From: Asterias rubens
Lineage: Eukaryota
NCBI RefSeq assembly: GCF_902459465.1
Contig: NC_047072.1
Location: 16,740,001 to 16,804,000, forward strand
Length of the DNA: 64,000 nucleotides
Direction of reading: 5' to 3'
A program made the position numbers and the translations under genes. A model generated the notes under the pieces. The model searched no databases and had not been told where the DNA came from. It worked only from the letters and a program-made list of their open reading frames with translations. Shown in pieces: positions 38,372 through 51,040 of this stretch (positions are counted from its first letter, which is position 1; the number at the start of each line of letters is the position of its first letter).

Positions 38372-39256
38372 TATGACGCTATGTGCACCACACCCTACAC
38401 GGTTATGTTCGTCGAGACCGTCTCTGCATCTGAAAGCACTTTTAAAAAGTTCTGTACAAACCTTACAAGAAGTGGGACTCGGTGCGACATCGTTTTGCTT
38501 CTGGTCAAGACTGCAAGTTCATATCATACCCCGGCTCGTATTAGCTTGATCGATGTATGGCGGACACTTTATGAGTGCACTGTTTTTGGTTTGGGTGTAT
38601 GCAGACAAATTTAACCCAAACCTAATAGTGACCTAATAATGTGTTCACCATAACTTAAAATGGCTTAATCACTGCCCATCAAATGCACATAAAGAACACT
38701 TCATTTGATGTTTTTACTACTTTACGAAGCGCACCTGCGTTCTCATTATATCCCGCTTTGGTTGTCGTTCTAAAATCGTCCGAACCTTCAACAACATCTT
38801 TGTTTCTAATTTGTACAAATGCAATAAACATTCAACCAAGATCATCAAAGCTTGTTTCCTCGTCCATTAATACAGTGACAAACAACATCCTAATGGTCAC
38901 ATCGGGTTACAATATAGTAGTTGGAAACTGAAGGAAAAAAAATCAAATATATTTATTTTTACAGGATTTATTTACAGATTGATCATTCAAGATATTTTAA
39001 CGATATAAATTTTGAAAATAGCCAAGCCGGTTGACTAAATAATATTTCTGCCGGGCCAATTTTGGAAGAAAAAAAACCTCCTTCGTCACCTTTTTTTTAG
39101 AAAAAAGGAAGACGTCAGACATGTTTTTGTTATTTGTCCTGAATCAGCAAATGTAAAATAAACGAGCAGTGTGTTTTAAAGGTCGGTGTTGGACAGAACC
39201 ATTCCAAGTTCTGCTCTACGTCAATGACAAATTTTTCGGGATGCATACGGGATGCA

Positions 39257-40357
39257 TTAAAGGCACTGGTCACTATTTGTAATTACTCAAAATAAATGTT
39301 AGCATAAAAACTTACTTGGTAACAAGCAAAGGGGAGAGGTTGATGGTATAAAACATTGCGAGAAACGGCTCTCTCTGAAGTAACGTAGGTTCCGAGAAGT
39401 AGTTTTCCACTAAAATATTTGAATTTGATTTCGAGACCTCAGAATGGATGTTGAGGCCCCGAAATCAAGCATCTGAAATGAGCCCACAACTTTTTGTGAC
39501 AAGGTTTTTTTCATTACATTATTTCCTCGCAACTTAGACGACCAATTGAGCTCCAATTTTCCCAGGTTGTTTTTTGTGCAATATGTTGAGATAGAGCAAG
39601 TGAGAAGACTGGTCTTTGACACTTACCAAGGGTTTCAAGTGTCTTTAAACCTTATCATATTATTTCTTTAGTGAAAACAAACCTCCGAGATGAAAATCGT
39701 TTAGTATACATTGCTTTGCTCCTCCGGTTGATTTCCTCCTCACAGTGCGTAGGCGTCTGTAACCATGGCTTTAGCTGTCTAGAGTCCATCCAGTTAAAGG
39801 CACTGGACACCTTTGGTAATTGTCAAAGACCAGTATTCTCACTTGGTGTATCCCAATATTATATGCACCACATGGTCATCCAGTTGCAAGAGAATAATGA
39901 AAGAAGAAGTTGTTGCATAACTGTGTGTGCTTTCAGATGCCTTTACAAAGGCTTCAGCCCTGATGTCTTGTGTTATTTGAGTGCGAGAACCTGTTTCTCA
40001 AAAACTACTTTACTTCAATGGGAGGTGTTTCTCACAATATGTTATACTGTCAACAGCTCTCCATTGCTTGTTACCAAGTAAGTTTTTATGATATAGAAAG
40101 GTTTACGGTAACACCATGTAATGACTATCTTTAATAGTTGGGGTGGTTCTGAAAAGAACCATTGGTTCAACTCGACGTTTCGATCAGTATGCTCTGATCG
40201 TCTTCTGGAGAAAAACTCATTAGAGATAGTCATTATATGGTGTTACCGCAAACCTTTCTATATCGTATTTCCACCATGCAAAGTTTCAAATCCTACTTAA
40301 GTTTTTATGCTACACCGATTATTTTGAGTATTTACCGATAGTGTATAGTGCCTTTAA
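39257..40357. mobile_element. Two adjacent TTAA-family MITEs in opposite orientation (39257-39648 and 39794-40357); the second contains a nested ~170-bp palindromic element
   Basis: TTAA-bounded family TIRs. Nested arms TAGAAAGGTTTACGGTAACACCATGTAATGACTATCT and AGATAGTCATTATATGGTGTTACCGCAAACCTTTCTA at ~40093-40261. Confidence 0.7.
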
Positions 40358-40451
40358 GGTCTAGCACTGACGTGCACTGCACCGGAGGGTCCACTTCTGC
40401 TCAGTGCATAATTAATGGTCTGGGAAAATGCTTCACTGAGAACTGGAGAAA

Positions 40452-43400
40452 ATGACAGTAACACGGAAACATAATTTCGCTCACCTTAGCCAGGTCGATC
40501 GCGGCTGGGCTTGGGCTGTCTTGCTCGGTGTTCACGTCTGTAACATTTTCGGTTACGGATATTTGACTACCTTGGGTTTATTCTTCACAGAATGGAAGGA
40601 GTACTTCGATGAATCCGCCACTGCAACGAGTTTACTTCTTAGTCTGCCCTGGATGGTTGCGAGTCCGTTCTGTAAGTAAATCCAGTAGTTATAATTAATG
40701 CCATGGACACTTACGGTCATTATTCAAAAAGTCTTTTAGCATTATAACTTACTTGGTAACGAGCAATGGAGAGCTTTTGGAACACATTGTGAGAAATGGC
40801 TCCCTCTGCAGTAATGTAGTTTTGAGAAACAGGTAATAATTTCTCACTCCAATATTAAAATATTTCAGGCTTAAAGCCTTCTTTATTGGGGATCTGAAAA
40901 GACACAAATTATGTTGTGCTATAAGGGTGTTTTTCTTGCATTATTCTCTTGCAACTTCGATGACGAATTGAGTGAACATTTTCACAGTGTAGTTATTTTG
41001 CTGCAAATGTGTGAATACACCAAGCGAAAACTGGTCTTTTGACATAGGTATGCATGTGCCGTTTTGTGCTTACGGAGCGAACCGACTTTTAATTTTTGGC
41101 AACTCATGAAGTGTTGCAATTCATTGTTCATTTTTTGAGAAAAATTGATAACATTTGATACGTTTCAATCAAATATTGAAATCGTAAAAAATTAATATTT
41201 TGATAGTATAAAACATTGTGAGAAACGGCTCCCTCTGAAGTATGTAGTTTATGAGAAAGGTATACATTTCTCACTCAAGCAATAAGACTTCAGCTGAAGC
41301 ATCATGCATCTGAAAGCACACAAAGCAATGCAACAACATGGGTGTTTTTCGTTCATTATTCTCTTGCGAATTTGATGACAAATGGAGTTCAAATTTTTAC
41401 AGGTTTGTTATTGTATGCATAATGTTTGGATACATAAAGTTAGAATACTGATCTTTGACAATTATACCAAAGGTGCCCAGTACCTTTAACAACATTAACA
41501 GGTAAACGTGGTTCAAATCAGTTTGAATCGGAAGTTCCGACCAGGAACAGACATTTTGTCTTTTGATTTCAGTCCCTACGTGTGAGATGAAATTGGATCA
41601 CGACCCACACGTAGCCATTTGCATGTAGGCCTATAATAGTATTGAAATCAAGTCGGTAATGGGAGACTTTTTGAAAGCTCTGCCACTAGAGGGCAGCAGA
41701 CCTACCAGGTAAGGGTGCACAACTCATACAGCAAACAATGGTAAATGCTAAAAATTCAAAAATACTCAAAAAATATTTAGAAGTCTCTCAGCCTCTTGAA
41801 AATTAAATCAGATACATTGTCATACAACTAAACTTCAGATTTCTTCTAAATTTTTGGTAGGTCAGCATTTTGGAATTTTTGCTAATTACCCTAGAAGAAA
41901 CACTCCCAAAAACTCATGCACACCGCTTGTTATCCTTGGGGAACTCGTGTCCAGTACGTCCTGTTCCAGAACAGTTTGGTTTATGCTGGCAATGTGTTAT
42001 GAAAAATAAAATACAGTTTGGCTAAATCTAAAATACAAAATCAAAAACACGCAAAGTTGCTGTCAGTGACCGTCACTCATGCTTCTCCTATTCCTAAGTT
42101 GTTGACATTACCTGGTGAAGAGCGCCTTCTCTTGGTGATCGGCAGATAGTCTAAAACTTCCCATTGTTAAAGACCTGCTTGAACGAAAATGTCAAGTCGT
42201 GAACTTTGCTGAATTCCACTTAAAAATGTTTTCGATGAATAAGGAAATCGATTCATATGATCATAAATAGGTTTCAATTGTGTAAAAAAACAATCATTTT
42301 GTATGCCCTTATCCAGAGCTTTTCTGCGAGATTTGCGAAAAGCCCCGTTACGTAATCACTCTCAAAACGTCATAAGTAGATAAAGCCGCTTTGTTGCAGC
42401 GTGGATGTATAACAAAGCAAACTCCCACAAATGACGTCAGCGGCATTGTCCTTTGACGCCCGCTCTCAACGGCAGAAGTGTTTTTAGTTTTTCAAAAAAC
42501 CTTTAGGTAGGGGCCTGATTTTTTAATCGATAATTACGAAAAGTTCAGAAGTGTACACATATCAAAATTACATTAAAATGGTGAACAAGTGCATTATAAA
42601 CAAGTAAAAATACCAACTGTTGAAAACATTCCGCTCAGGTAGCTGTTTAAGCGCGGTGTAGCTACGGGGACGGTCAGTTAGAGCTGCCACGCGCTACCTA
42701 CGACCGTTGCATGAATGTATAATCGCAATGTGACTGTTGCATGAACGGCAGAATGTGTATTTATAATAAATAGGCAGCTCCTAACGAGTTGTAATCAAGT
42801 CTAGTAGGCCTACTGTACATTTTGATATGTTATGTAATATAATGTACATGCACATTCACGAACACCAAGACTGCGTAGCTACGGCGGGCGGTAGCGCAAA
42901 ACCCTGTGACAATTTTGACTCAATCGGTCATCAAAGTTGCATGAGAAAAATGACATGCACAGAAAAACACCATTGTCGAAAAATGTGTATGTGCTTTCAG
43001 ATTCCTAATCAAAGGATTCAGACCTAAAGTCTTTCATTGTTAATAAATTGATTTGGAAATTATCTCTTTCTCAAAAACTACGTTTCTTCAGAGGGAGCCG
43101 TTTCTCACAATAATTTATAGCATCAACAGCTCTCCATTTCTAGTTACCAATTAATTTTTTTATGCTAACGATTATTTTGAGCAACTACAAATAGTGTCTT
43201 TAATGCCTCCGTAATACAAAACTGTTCTCATCGCACTTACTCAACCACTGAATTTAGGTATGTGTAACCGGTATGAATAGTACCCCCCCCCCCCCACCCT
43301 TCTAAAATTAGTCTGCATTCGCCCATGTAGCATTGCATTACTGTTTGTATAATTAATATCCATCTTATGCAAATCATGTGCAATTCAAATCAGCTATAAG

Positions 43401-45844
43401 ACACACCGTTGGCGGCGCACTACACTTGCCGACATTCACATTCTGGTAGAAGTGAACATGCATTTTTGTTTACTCCGTCTTCTATATGTAAAGTAATAAC
43501 TACTATTGTTTGAAACACTAGGTTTCTTCATTGGTGTTATTGCATCTCGTTTTGGCATCAGACGAGTCGCTATGACTGGGGCTTTAATCAACGGGTCAGC
43601 AACTATACTCGGCTCGCTAACCAAAGACATGTGGCAGTTGTACATGTGTAACGCCTTATCTGGTAAGTTCATGATACAATGTACATGTCCCATGGGCCTG
43701 ATGGGGGTCTAGTCAACAAAGATAGTCCTAACTTGGGTTAAGTCCTAGGTCTCTTATGAGTTACCTTGAAACTTCAGGCTAGTCCAAGCTCGTCCTAACT
43801 CGAGATGAGACATTGTCTTATCAGAAATCCACCATGCTTTCTAGTTTACAAAGGGTTCATTTCATCTATATCATTATGTGTGTGAAGCCAATGACTCGCT
43901 TAGCGGCGATCTTGATCACTGTATTAGCCAACGGAGAGAGTACACGGGAAGGAAGTTTTTCAGTAGCTGTGGGAGATAGCCACAGATAATTTTTCCAGGG
44001 AAAACACACGCAATCGGATGTGGACTAAGATTATAATCCACATAGTGCCCCGGCGGAAAGAGAATGGAAAATATGCCTAGTTCACTAAGCAGAAGCAGAA
44101 TTGTGTAAACTTGATAAACGGTACCCTTATTAACACTATTAACTTTGTTAATTAACGAAGTTACGTTTCCTGCGTTAATTTACGTGCGTTACACAATACA
44201 CGGGACCAACGGATTTACGTCCCATCCAAAGGAAATACAAAAATGGCAAACTTGTACTATTCAAATGCATTGAGAATCCAGTTTTGAAGAAAAAAAATCA
44301 ACTTGTTTTTTGTTTTAGGTATACTATTTGTTTCACTCTGACTAATTCCCCCCCCCCCCCATCTATTCCCCTTAGGTGTAGGCGTGGTCATGATGCTGTC
44401 ATCAGGAATGATCATCATCTCCCAGTACTTTAAGACAAGATTTGCAATCGCGAATGGAATAGCAGTAGCCGGTGTCAACGTCGGTCAAATAATGTTCACC
44501 CCGTTGTTCCGTTTCCTCATTGATACATACGGATGGAGGGGAACCATGTTCATCACTGGTGCCCTGCAGATGAACTGTGTCGCTGCTAGCGCCCTCTTTC
44601 GTCCGCTCAAGACACATAATTCGAACGGAAGAAAACCCAACAATAGTATGAGCATTAATATGCATGTGCTAGGTGATGATACAGTAATCAATGACTCCCA
44701 TAAGAAACAAAAGTCTAATGTTGCCCTTAAGATTTTCACTAATGTTAAAGCCATGTTGCTTATTCTAGCCACATGTGTGTTCTCAATTGGCTTACTGACA
44801 AATCTAGCTCATCTCCCCGCCAGATGTAAAGAAGGCGGTTGGTCGGATGATCAAAGCGGGATGTTACTTTTATCCTTCGCAATCACAGCCATGATAACTA
44901 GACCTACCCATGGTTGGTTTGTTGACAATAACTACATAGGCTGCTTCAAGCTTCAACTCATCGTACTCATTAGTGCTTCATTAATTACATTCACGAACCC
45001 TGTGTCCAACAACTATATATTCTTAATTGGGTATTCGGCTGTTTTGGGCGCCCTACTTGGAATCGGATGTCCGCTGTTGATTGTTAATATGAAGAGTTTA
45101 GTGAATGGACCTACCACGCCAGCGGCTTTGAGTTTAATTTGGGCAACGGTGTTTCTCTTCAACGGAGTTGGGTCGGTTGTTGCAGGTAATTAATATCAAA
45201 AGACCACACATTTCAGCGATGTTACGTAATTTTATATTTCTTCCATTAAAAAAATGTAGCTGTTGATGTTGTGCTTGTTGTTATTGTTGTTGTTGAATAT
45301 AAAGGCGGGCCGATTGCACAAAGATATTTAGAACTAGTCCTAGGAGATATTAAAAACTTAGGCTGGTCCTAAGTTAGGACGAGTAACCCGTCCTAACTCG
45401 AGATAAGACTAGTCTTAAATCTTTGTGAAATCCACCACTTGACACTCTTGGTAATTACTCAAACAAATGTTTAGCATAAGACCTTACTTGGTAACTAGCA
45501 ATGGAGAGCTACTGATGGTATTCAACATTGTGAGAAACGGGTCCCTCTGAAGTAACGTAATTTTGAGAAAGAGGTAATTTCTCATTCAACGATTGACTGC
45601 AAAATTGTATTTCCACACTTACCATAATGTATTCTTTTTTTCCCTTGTTACACCAGGCAAGCTTTACGATGCTACGGGGAACTATGTTGTCCCATTCCTG
45701 ACAGCGGGCGCTATGTTCCTTGCGGCTTTCCTTCTGGTCGCTCTAATCACTGTAATGAAACGTCGACAAGATTTACGTGAACTGCAGCTACGCAATAATG
45801 TGCAATGTCAAAGTGCTCTTTCAAGTAATAATGTATCAAATTAG
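40452..45844 (+). CDS. SLC16-like: SLC16 / monocarboxylate-transporter family MFS protein, 452 aa
   Basis: Exons 40452-40671, 43522-43662, 44376-45185 and 45657-45844, all phase-1 GT-AG introns; 1359 nt in total. Family motifs: DRGWAWAVL, RFGIRRVAMTG, YFKTRFAIANGIAVAG, YGWRG and GKLYDATGNY. Confidence 0.92.
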
Positions 45845-47581
45845 TTCTCTCGATGAAATGTTCACCAGTTAGTACTGCAGCCATAGAGCAAGAGTCGTAA
45901 AGGGTGTCTAGTCAAAAACAAGTGGACCGAGATATATGATTTCAAAACAAAACAACTGAGTTTGAGACTCAAAACCCCAGTAAAGCACATTGAACAAGCA
46001 GTCTGCTCTGCTCATCTGAAAAGGGGAATGAAACAAATTGATCATTCTAAGAGATGCCTGTTTTACTAAAAGCACTCAATGTTTGTAGCTGTCCATGGAA
46101 TGTTAACGCTTGATTAAATCTGAGTAAGTAGCAAAGGGCATAACAAAAGTCATTCATTTGTCAAGCATTCCGCAGACAGCTTGCACAATGCGTATATTGA
46201 TAAAATAGAGATATAACTCCTCTCAGGAAGGATCAATTTCTTTCATTTTTGGGGGTCTAATAAGCAAGAGAGAGAGAATGTTTGTTTAATAATATGTGCT
46301 TTGCAACACCTTTTGGTGTCTTGTTTGTTTTTTAAAACATCACCAATCCCGGTCAACTTCTTTTTGACTTATATACAGTGCACATTCTTCGACAAAGAGT
46401 AGAATTAGAAATTCCTCCGGCTGTGCTCCAACTCGTTAACGAATTACATAACCATTTCTTTATAATATAGAATTCTGACTGTTTGTGCGGGGCCAAATTT
46501 CTTAAAGCTGTTTAGCAGGAAATTTTGCAAAGCAAGAATTAAGGAGCATATACCATTGACATCAATGGTAAACATTTGGTGGTTTGGCTGGTAAAACAGT
46601 TTTGCTAAGCAATAATTCTCTGGCGTGATACACTTAAGTGATCGATCACATTCAAAGATTCAAGGCACTGGATACTTTTTGTAATTAATCAAAATAAGCA
46701 TATAAGCAGAAAGATAATTTAATTTTTACACATTCCATTCTCGTCTTCCTTCTTCTTATTCGAGCTCGACCAAAAATAAACACTCGCTATTTACTTTAAA
46801 GAAATGTATTAATCAAAGTGGGGGGAAATGCAAGCGAAGAATTTGGTTAAATAAATAACTGTGTAGGAGTCAATGTGTCTGTACTTCGAAAAGTACATCT
46901 CCCTGGGCAAATAACTTACATTGCTAAGCAAGAATTAAGGAGCATATACCGTATTTAAGGCACTGGACACTTTTGGTAATATTGTCAAAGACCAGTATTC
47001 TCATTTGGTGTATCCCAACATGCATAAAATAACAAATCTATGAAAATTTTGACTCAATAGACCTTATGCATTGACGTCATCCAGCCGCCATCTTAGAGGA
47101 AAACCGGTGACGGAACAATCGAGACGCACGGATTTCTACGCGCGGCGAACAGTTTTGGCCAATGGACAACCTCCTTTTGACCTCTAGGTGAGGGCGCCCT
47201 ACTGAAATGACGTCATGTGCATAAGGTCTATTGGTCATTGAAGTTGCAAGAGAATAATGACAGAAAAACATCCTTGTTGCAATACTTTGTGTGCTTCCAC
47301 TACTTTCAGATGCATAATGAACAGCTTCAGCTGAAGTACTCTGTGTGAGAAATTACATCTTTCTCATTAGCTACGTTACTTTAGAGGGAGCTGTTTCTCA
47401 CAATGATATACTACCAACAGCTCTTCACTGCTCGTTACCAAGATCCTAACATTTATTTTGAGTAATTAACAATAGTGTACACAGTGACTTTTTTGCAGAG
47501 TGCACAACACTCTATAATTATTGACAACTTACCGATAGAACGTGCATTATACTTATCAATGGTTGATTAGCAATACCCCCT

Positions 47582-47970
47582 TTAAAGGCAGTGGACACTA
47601 TTGGTAATTACTCAAAATCATTATAGCATAAAACCTATAGCATATAACGAGTAATGGAGAGAGGTTGATAGTATAAAACATTGTGAGAAACGGCTCCCTC
47701 TGAAGTGCCACAGTTTTCCAGACAGAAGTAATTTTCCACGAATTTGATTTCGAGACCTCAGATTTAGAACTTGAGGTCACGAAATCAAGCATCTAAACGC
47801 ACACAACTTCGTGTGCTGACAAGGGTGTTTTTTCTTTCATTATTTTCTCGCAACTTCGACGACCGATTGAGCTCAAATCTTCACAGGTTTGTTATTTTAT
47901 GTATATGTTGAGATACACCAAGTGAGAAGACTGGTCTTTGACAATTACCAATAGTGTCCACTGTCTTTAA
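47582..47970. mobile_element. Well-preserved TTAA-flanked MITE (representative copy)
   Basis: TTAA-AGGCAGTGGACACTATTGGTAATT ... AATTACCAATAGTGTCCACTGTCT-TTAA. Other copies or fragments lie near 11.5, 20.8, 26.4, 40.7, 41.2, 42.9, 45.4, 47.0, 51.5, 53.7, 54.4, 54.7 and 61.6 kb. Confidence 0.88.
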
Positions 47971-48460
47971 AAAAGAGCTTACATATAAATTTACCATGCT
48001 ATTTAAAATATTTTAGTAAACTTGTAGTATATATTTTTTCTTAAATAACTCAATGTTCGGCCATAGGAAATAATGATATTTAAAATATGCAATAAATAAA
48101 GAACATTGGTTCGAAAAGAGTAACAAATATTTAAAATTGTTTTAAAACATTGTCAGTTTTTACGGACATGGATCTATTTAACTCTTGCTCAAGGCAGTCG
48201 AATTATTCACTCCGAAAAAAGACCGCCGCTGTATAAAAACCCACCCGTATTCACTGTGCGTAACATCGCACGACACAATGCCCACGTACACTATCCGCAT
48301 TTGGTCTCGGTTTCTAAGTCATAGAAACATGCACAAAACAGTGACGGGGTCACTGCTATTAATTCATCTCATGTTGGACTTTCTGAAAATCTCGCGCATG
48401 CGCAAAACTATGTGGTACTCGATGTAGAGCTGTTACTTGTGAGTTATGAATGGGTGGATA

Positions 48461-48589
48461 GGCCGTCTCCGAAACGGCGACCTCGGCTACAGCTACGTCT
48501 AGATCAGCGCGTCTACCAGTGTTGAAGAATAGGCAGACGCGCGCGATCTAGCCGTAGCTGTAGCCGAAGTCGCCGTTTCGGACACGGCC
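48461..48589. mobile_element. 129-bp palindromic MITE
   Basis: GGCCGTCTCCGAAACGGCGACCTCGGCTACAGCTACG ... CGTAGCTGTAGCCGAAGTCGCCGTTTCGGACACGGCC, flanked by ATA on both sides. Confidence 0.75.
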
Positions 48590-50022
48590 ATAGTCTCATT
48601 CAGTCACATAATGATGTGTACCAAAACAGTAATGTCGGTGCTTGTAAATGTGATTGCCCGAATAAATATTATGAATATTATTAATGGAGCCGGTGGTTAG
48701 TGTGATCGGAGACACAATGTTGTCAAACCTGTGATACTTTACTCTGTAGTAAACATCCTTACTATGCCCCGCCCCCCCCCCACCTCCAACCCACCCAACC
48801 CCCTGTTTGCTACCATACTCACTTCACTGCTTTCGCAACACCGGTGTCGCATGCAATTATGTCCTCTATGCAATACTATCCGGAGCAAATTAGTGCATAT
48901 GCAATCGCGTCCGCACGGACGCTGCTGCATATGCAACTGTGTCTGTCCGGACACATTTCCGCCCCGTGCAAAACCGTCCTTGCAGTTAAACGCCCTTGGT
49001 CGACGGAACACGTTCGCCGTTTTTTGTACAAGTTAAGTGCATGTCATGTTCGGCCGTTGGGTATTCGCTACAATCATAAAACACGTGAATATTCATGCTG
49101 CATATACGTAGGGACAGTTCATGCACGCTCGCTTACGCGCGCACATACAATGTACATTCATGTATGCCAACCTGTACATAGCCCCGGACACGATTTCATA
49201 TGCAAAAGTGTCCCTATCGGACACAATTTTAATGCATCTGACGCTGGTCCATTGAACAATCGCCGTATTGTCCAAATGATACAAAGCGCTACAGGTAGAC
49301 ACTGCTCTAGAATTGCAAGGGTCGTGTGTTCGAATCCCACCTGAGTAATATGCCTGTGATATTTTTTTTTAAAGGACACGGGACGTACCGAGTACATGTA
49401 TATCAGTGGTTACACACATCGGTGTATGGGTAAAACCAAATTATGTTCTTTATCCCCGATTAACATATCTTATAATGCTATAGGTACGTATAATGCATCC
49501 AAGTACCTAAATAAGAATATCAAATAAAAGCATTATAATGCAACAGAAACGATCATCAGACTTGCTTTCATGACCTTGCGTTCGCTCGTCCTCTGTGTAA
49601 AATAAGTCTGAAATACGAAGGGGAAAAAATAGACAAATCGAACCCCTTTATATGGTCACCGGACCGAACAAAAGAAGGCCAGTCCAAAAATGTGTATGCT
49701 GATCTATACTAGTCGTTTGTTGAGGCTTTTGTTGCCGTTCATGAACCTGTGAGTTATGGATGGGTGGATATGTCTCATTCGTTGAACACCATCAACTACT
49801 TTGTACACTTGGGGTCACTGTGCGCATTGGTCTGTTGAAAAAATAGAGTGCCTTTTCTAAAGGATACAAATCGCTCGGGAAAATGCAACCAAGTCCTAAT
49901 GGTCCAATGGTTTTGTAAATATCAGCTCCTGTATTACAACAAAAACACTGCATAGCATTCATTCTGAAGTGAACATTCACTGCATGTTAATGATCTTAAA
50001 TGACGTGTATCCAAACAGTATA

Positions 50023-50595
50023 ATGTCGAAAATAAGTTGTCTACATTCTCGACCGGACTTAATCGCCTCGTGCTCGAGCCTTCTGCTAAGTGTATGGCCC
50101 TTTACGAAGACTGAGAGACTGCAGCTTTTGGAGAAAGAGAACTGCACCGGGTTCCCGTGTTCGTTGGTTCTCATTGACCAGAAAGAGAACCAACCCGATT
50201 ATGTTATAGGACATATTCGATTAGCCCCATGCCTCGAGCCACCAGAGGGCGTCTACTTAGAAGCACTGTGCATTGATCAAACCCAAACCGGCAGAGGTCT
50301 AGGCGTTAAGATGATGAAACACGCCGAAGAATACGCAGTTACAGCCCTCGGGTTGAAGCAAGCTTTTCTGTGGAGCGCAACTAGCATGAGGGGCTATTAC
50401 AGCAAGTTGATGTGGCAGGAGTACACCAAGTTCGGCATCACAACAGTCGGTGGAAATATACTCGGGCAATACAACGGAGCGACCACCTGGCGAGGAAACG
50501 TTCCTCCAACTGGCTGGGAGTCGGCGTACGAAGAATGCTACCACGAAGACATGAAAGACTATCTAATTATGACGAAATACCTAAAGAAAAACTAA
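50023..50595 (+). CDS. NAA80-like: GNAT N-acetyltransferase, NAA80/NAT6-like, intronless, ~190 aa
   Basis: LHSRPDLIASCSSLLLSVWP, FPCSLVL, VIGHIRL, VYLEALCI and the acetyl-CoA motif QTGRGLG..MM match the NAA80 family pattern. The start is taken at the first plausible ATG (50023); the track start at 49969 is GTG. Confidence 0.75.
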   Translation: MSKISCLHSRPDLIASCSSLLLSVWPFTKTERLQLLEKENCTGFPCSLVLIDQKENQPDYVIGHIRLAPCLEPPEGVYLEALCIDQTQTGRGLGVKMMKHAEEYAVTALGLKQAFLWSATSMRGYYSKLMWQEYTKFGITTVGGNILGQYNGATTWRGNVPPTGWESAYEECYHEDMKDYLIMTKYLKKN

Positions 50596-50743
50596 CTACT
50601 GACCGATCGCAGTAGGCAGTACCTGTATGTCGCCACGAAGTCTGTGTCGTCTGCTATCATTAAACTTGACTTTGCTGACTGTGTGTGACACAAGTATTTC
50701 AATTGCGGAGTTTAACATTGGATACTACGGTGGCCCACAACTG

Positions 50744-51040
50744 TCACGGCAAAACAAAAGCGCCACGGTAAAATAAAAAGCGCCACGGCAAAACAAAAAG
50801 CGCCACGGCAAAACAAAAAGCGCCACGGCAAAACAAAAAGCGCCACGGCAAAACAAAAAGCGCCACGGCAAAACAAAAAGCGCCACGGCAAAACAAAAAG
50901 CGCCACGGCAAAAAGAAAAGAGCCACGGTAAAACGAAAAGAGCCACGGCAAAACAAAAAGAGCCACGGCAAAACGCAAAGAGCCACGGCAAAACGAAAAG
51001 AGCCACGGCAAAACGCAAAGAGCCACGGCAAAACGAAAAG
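50744..51040. repeat. 20-bp tandem repeat, ~15 copies
   Basis: Unit (C/A)GCCACGGCAAAACAAAAAG, with variants clustered along the array. Confidence 0.93.
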
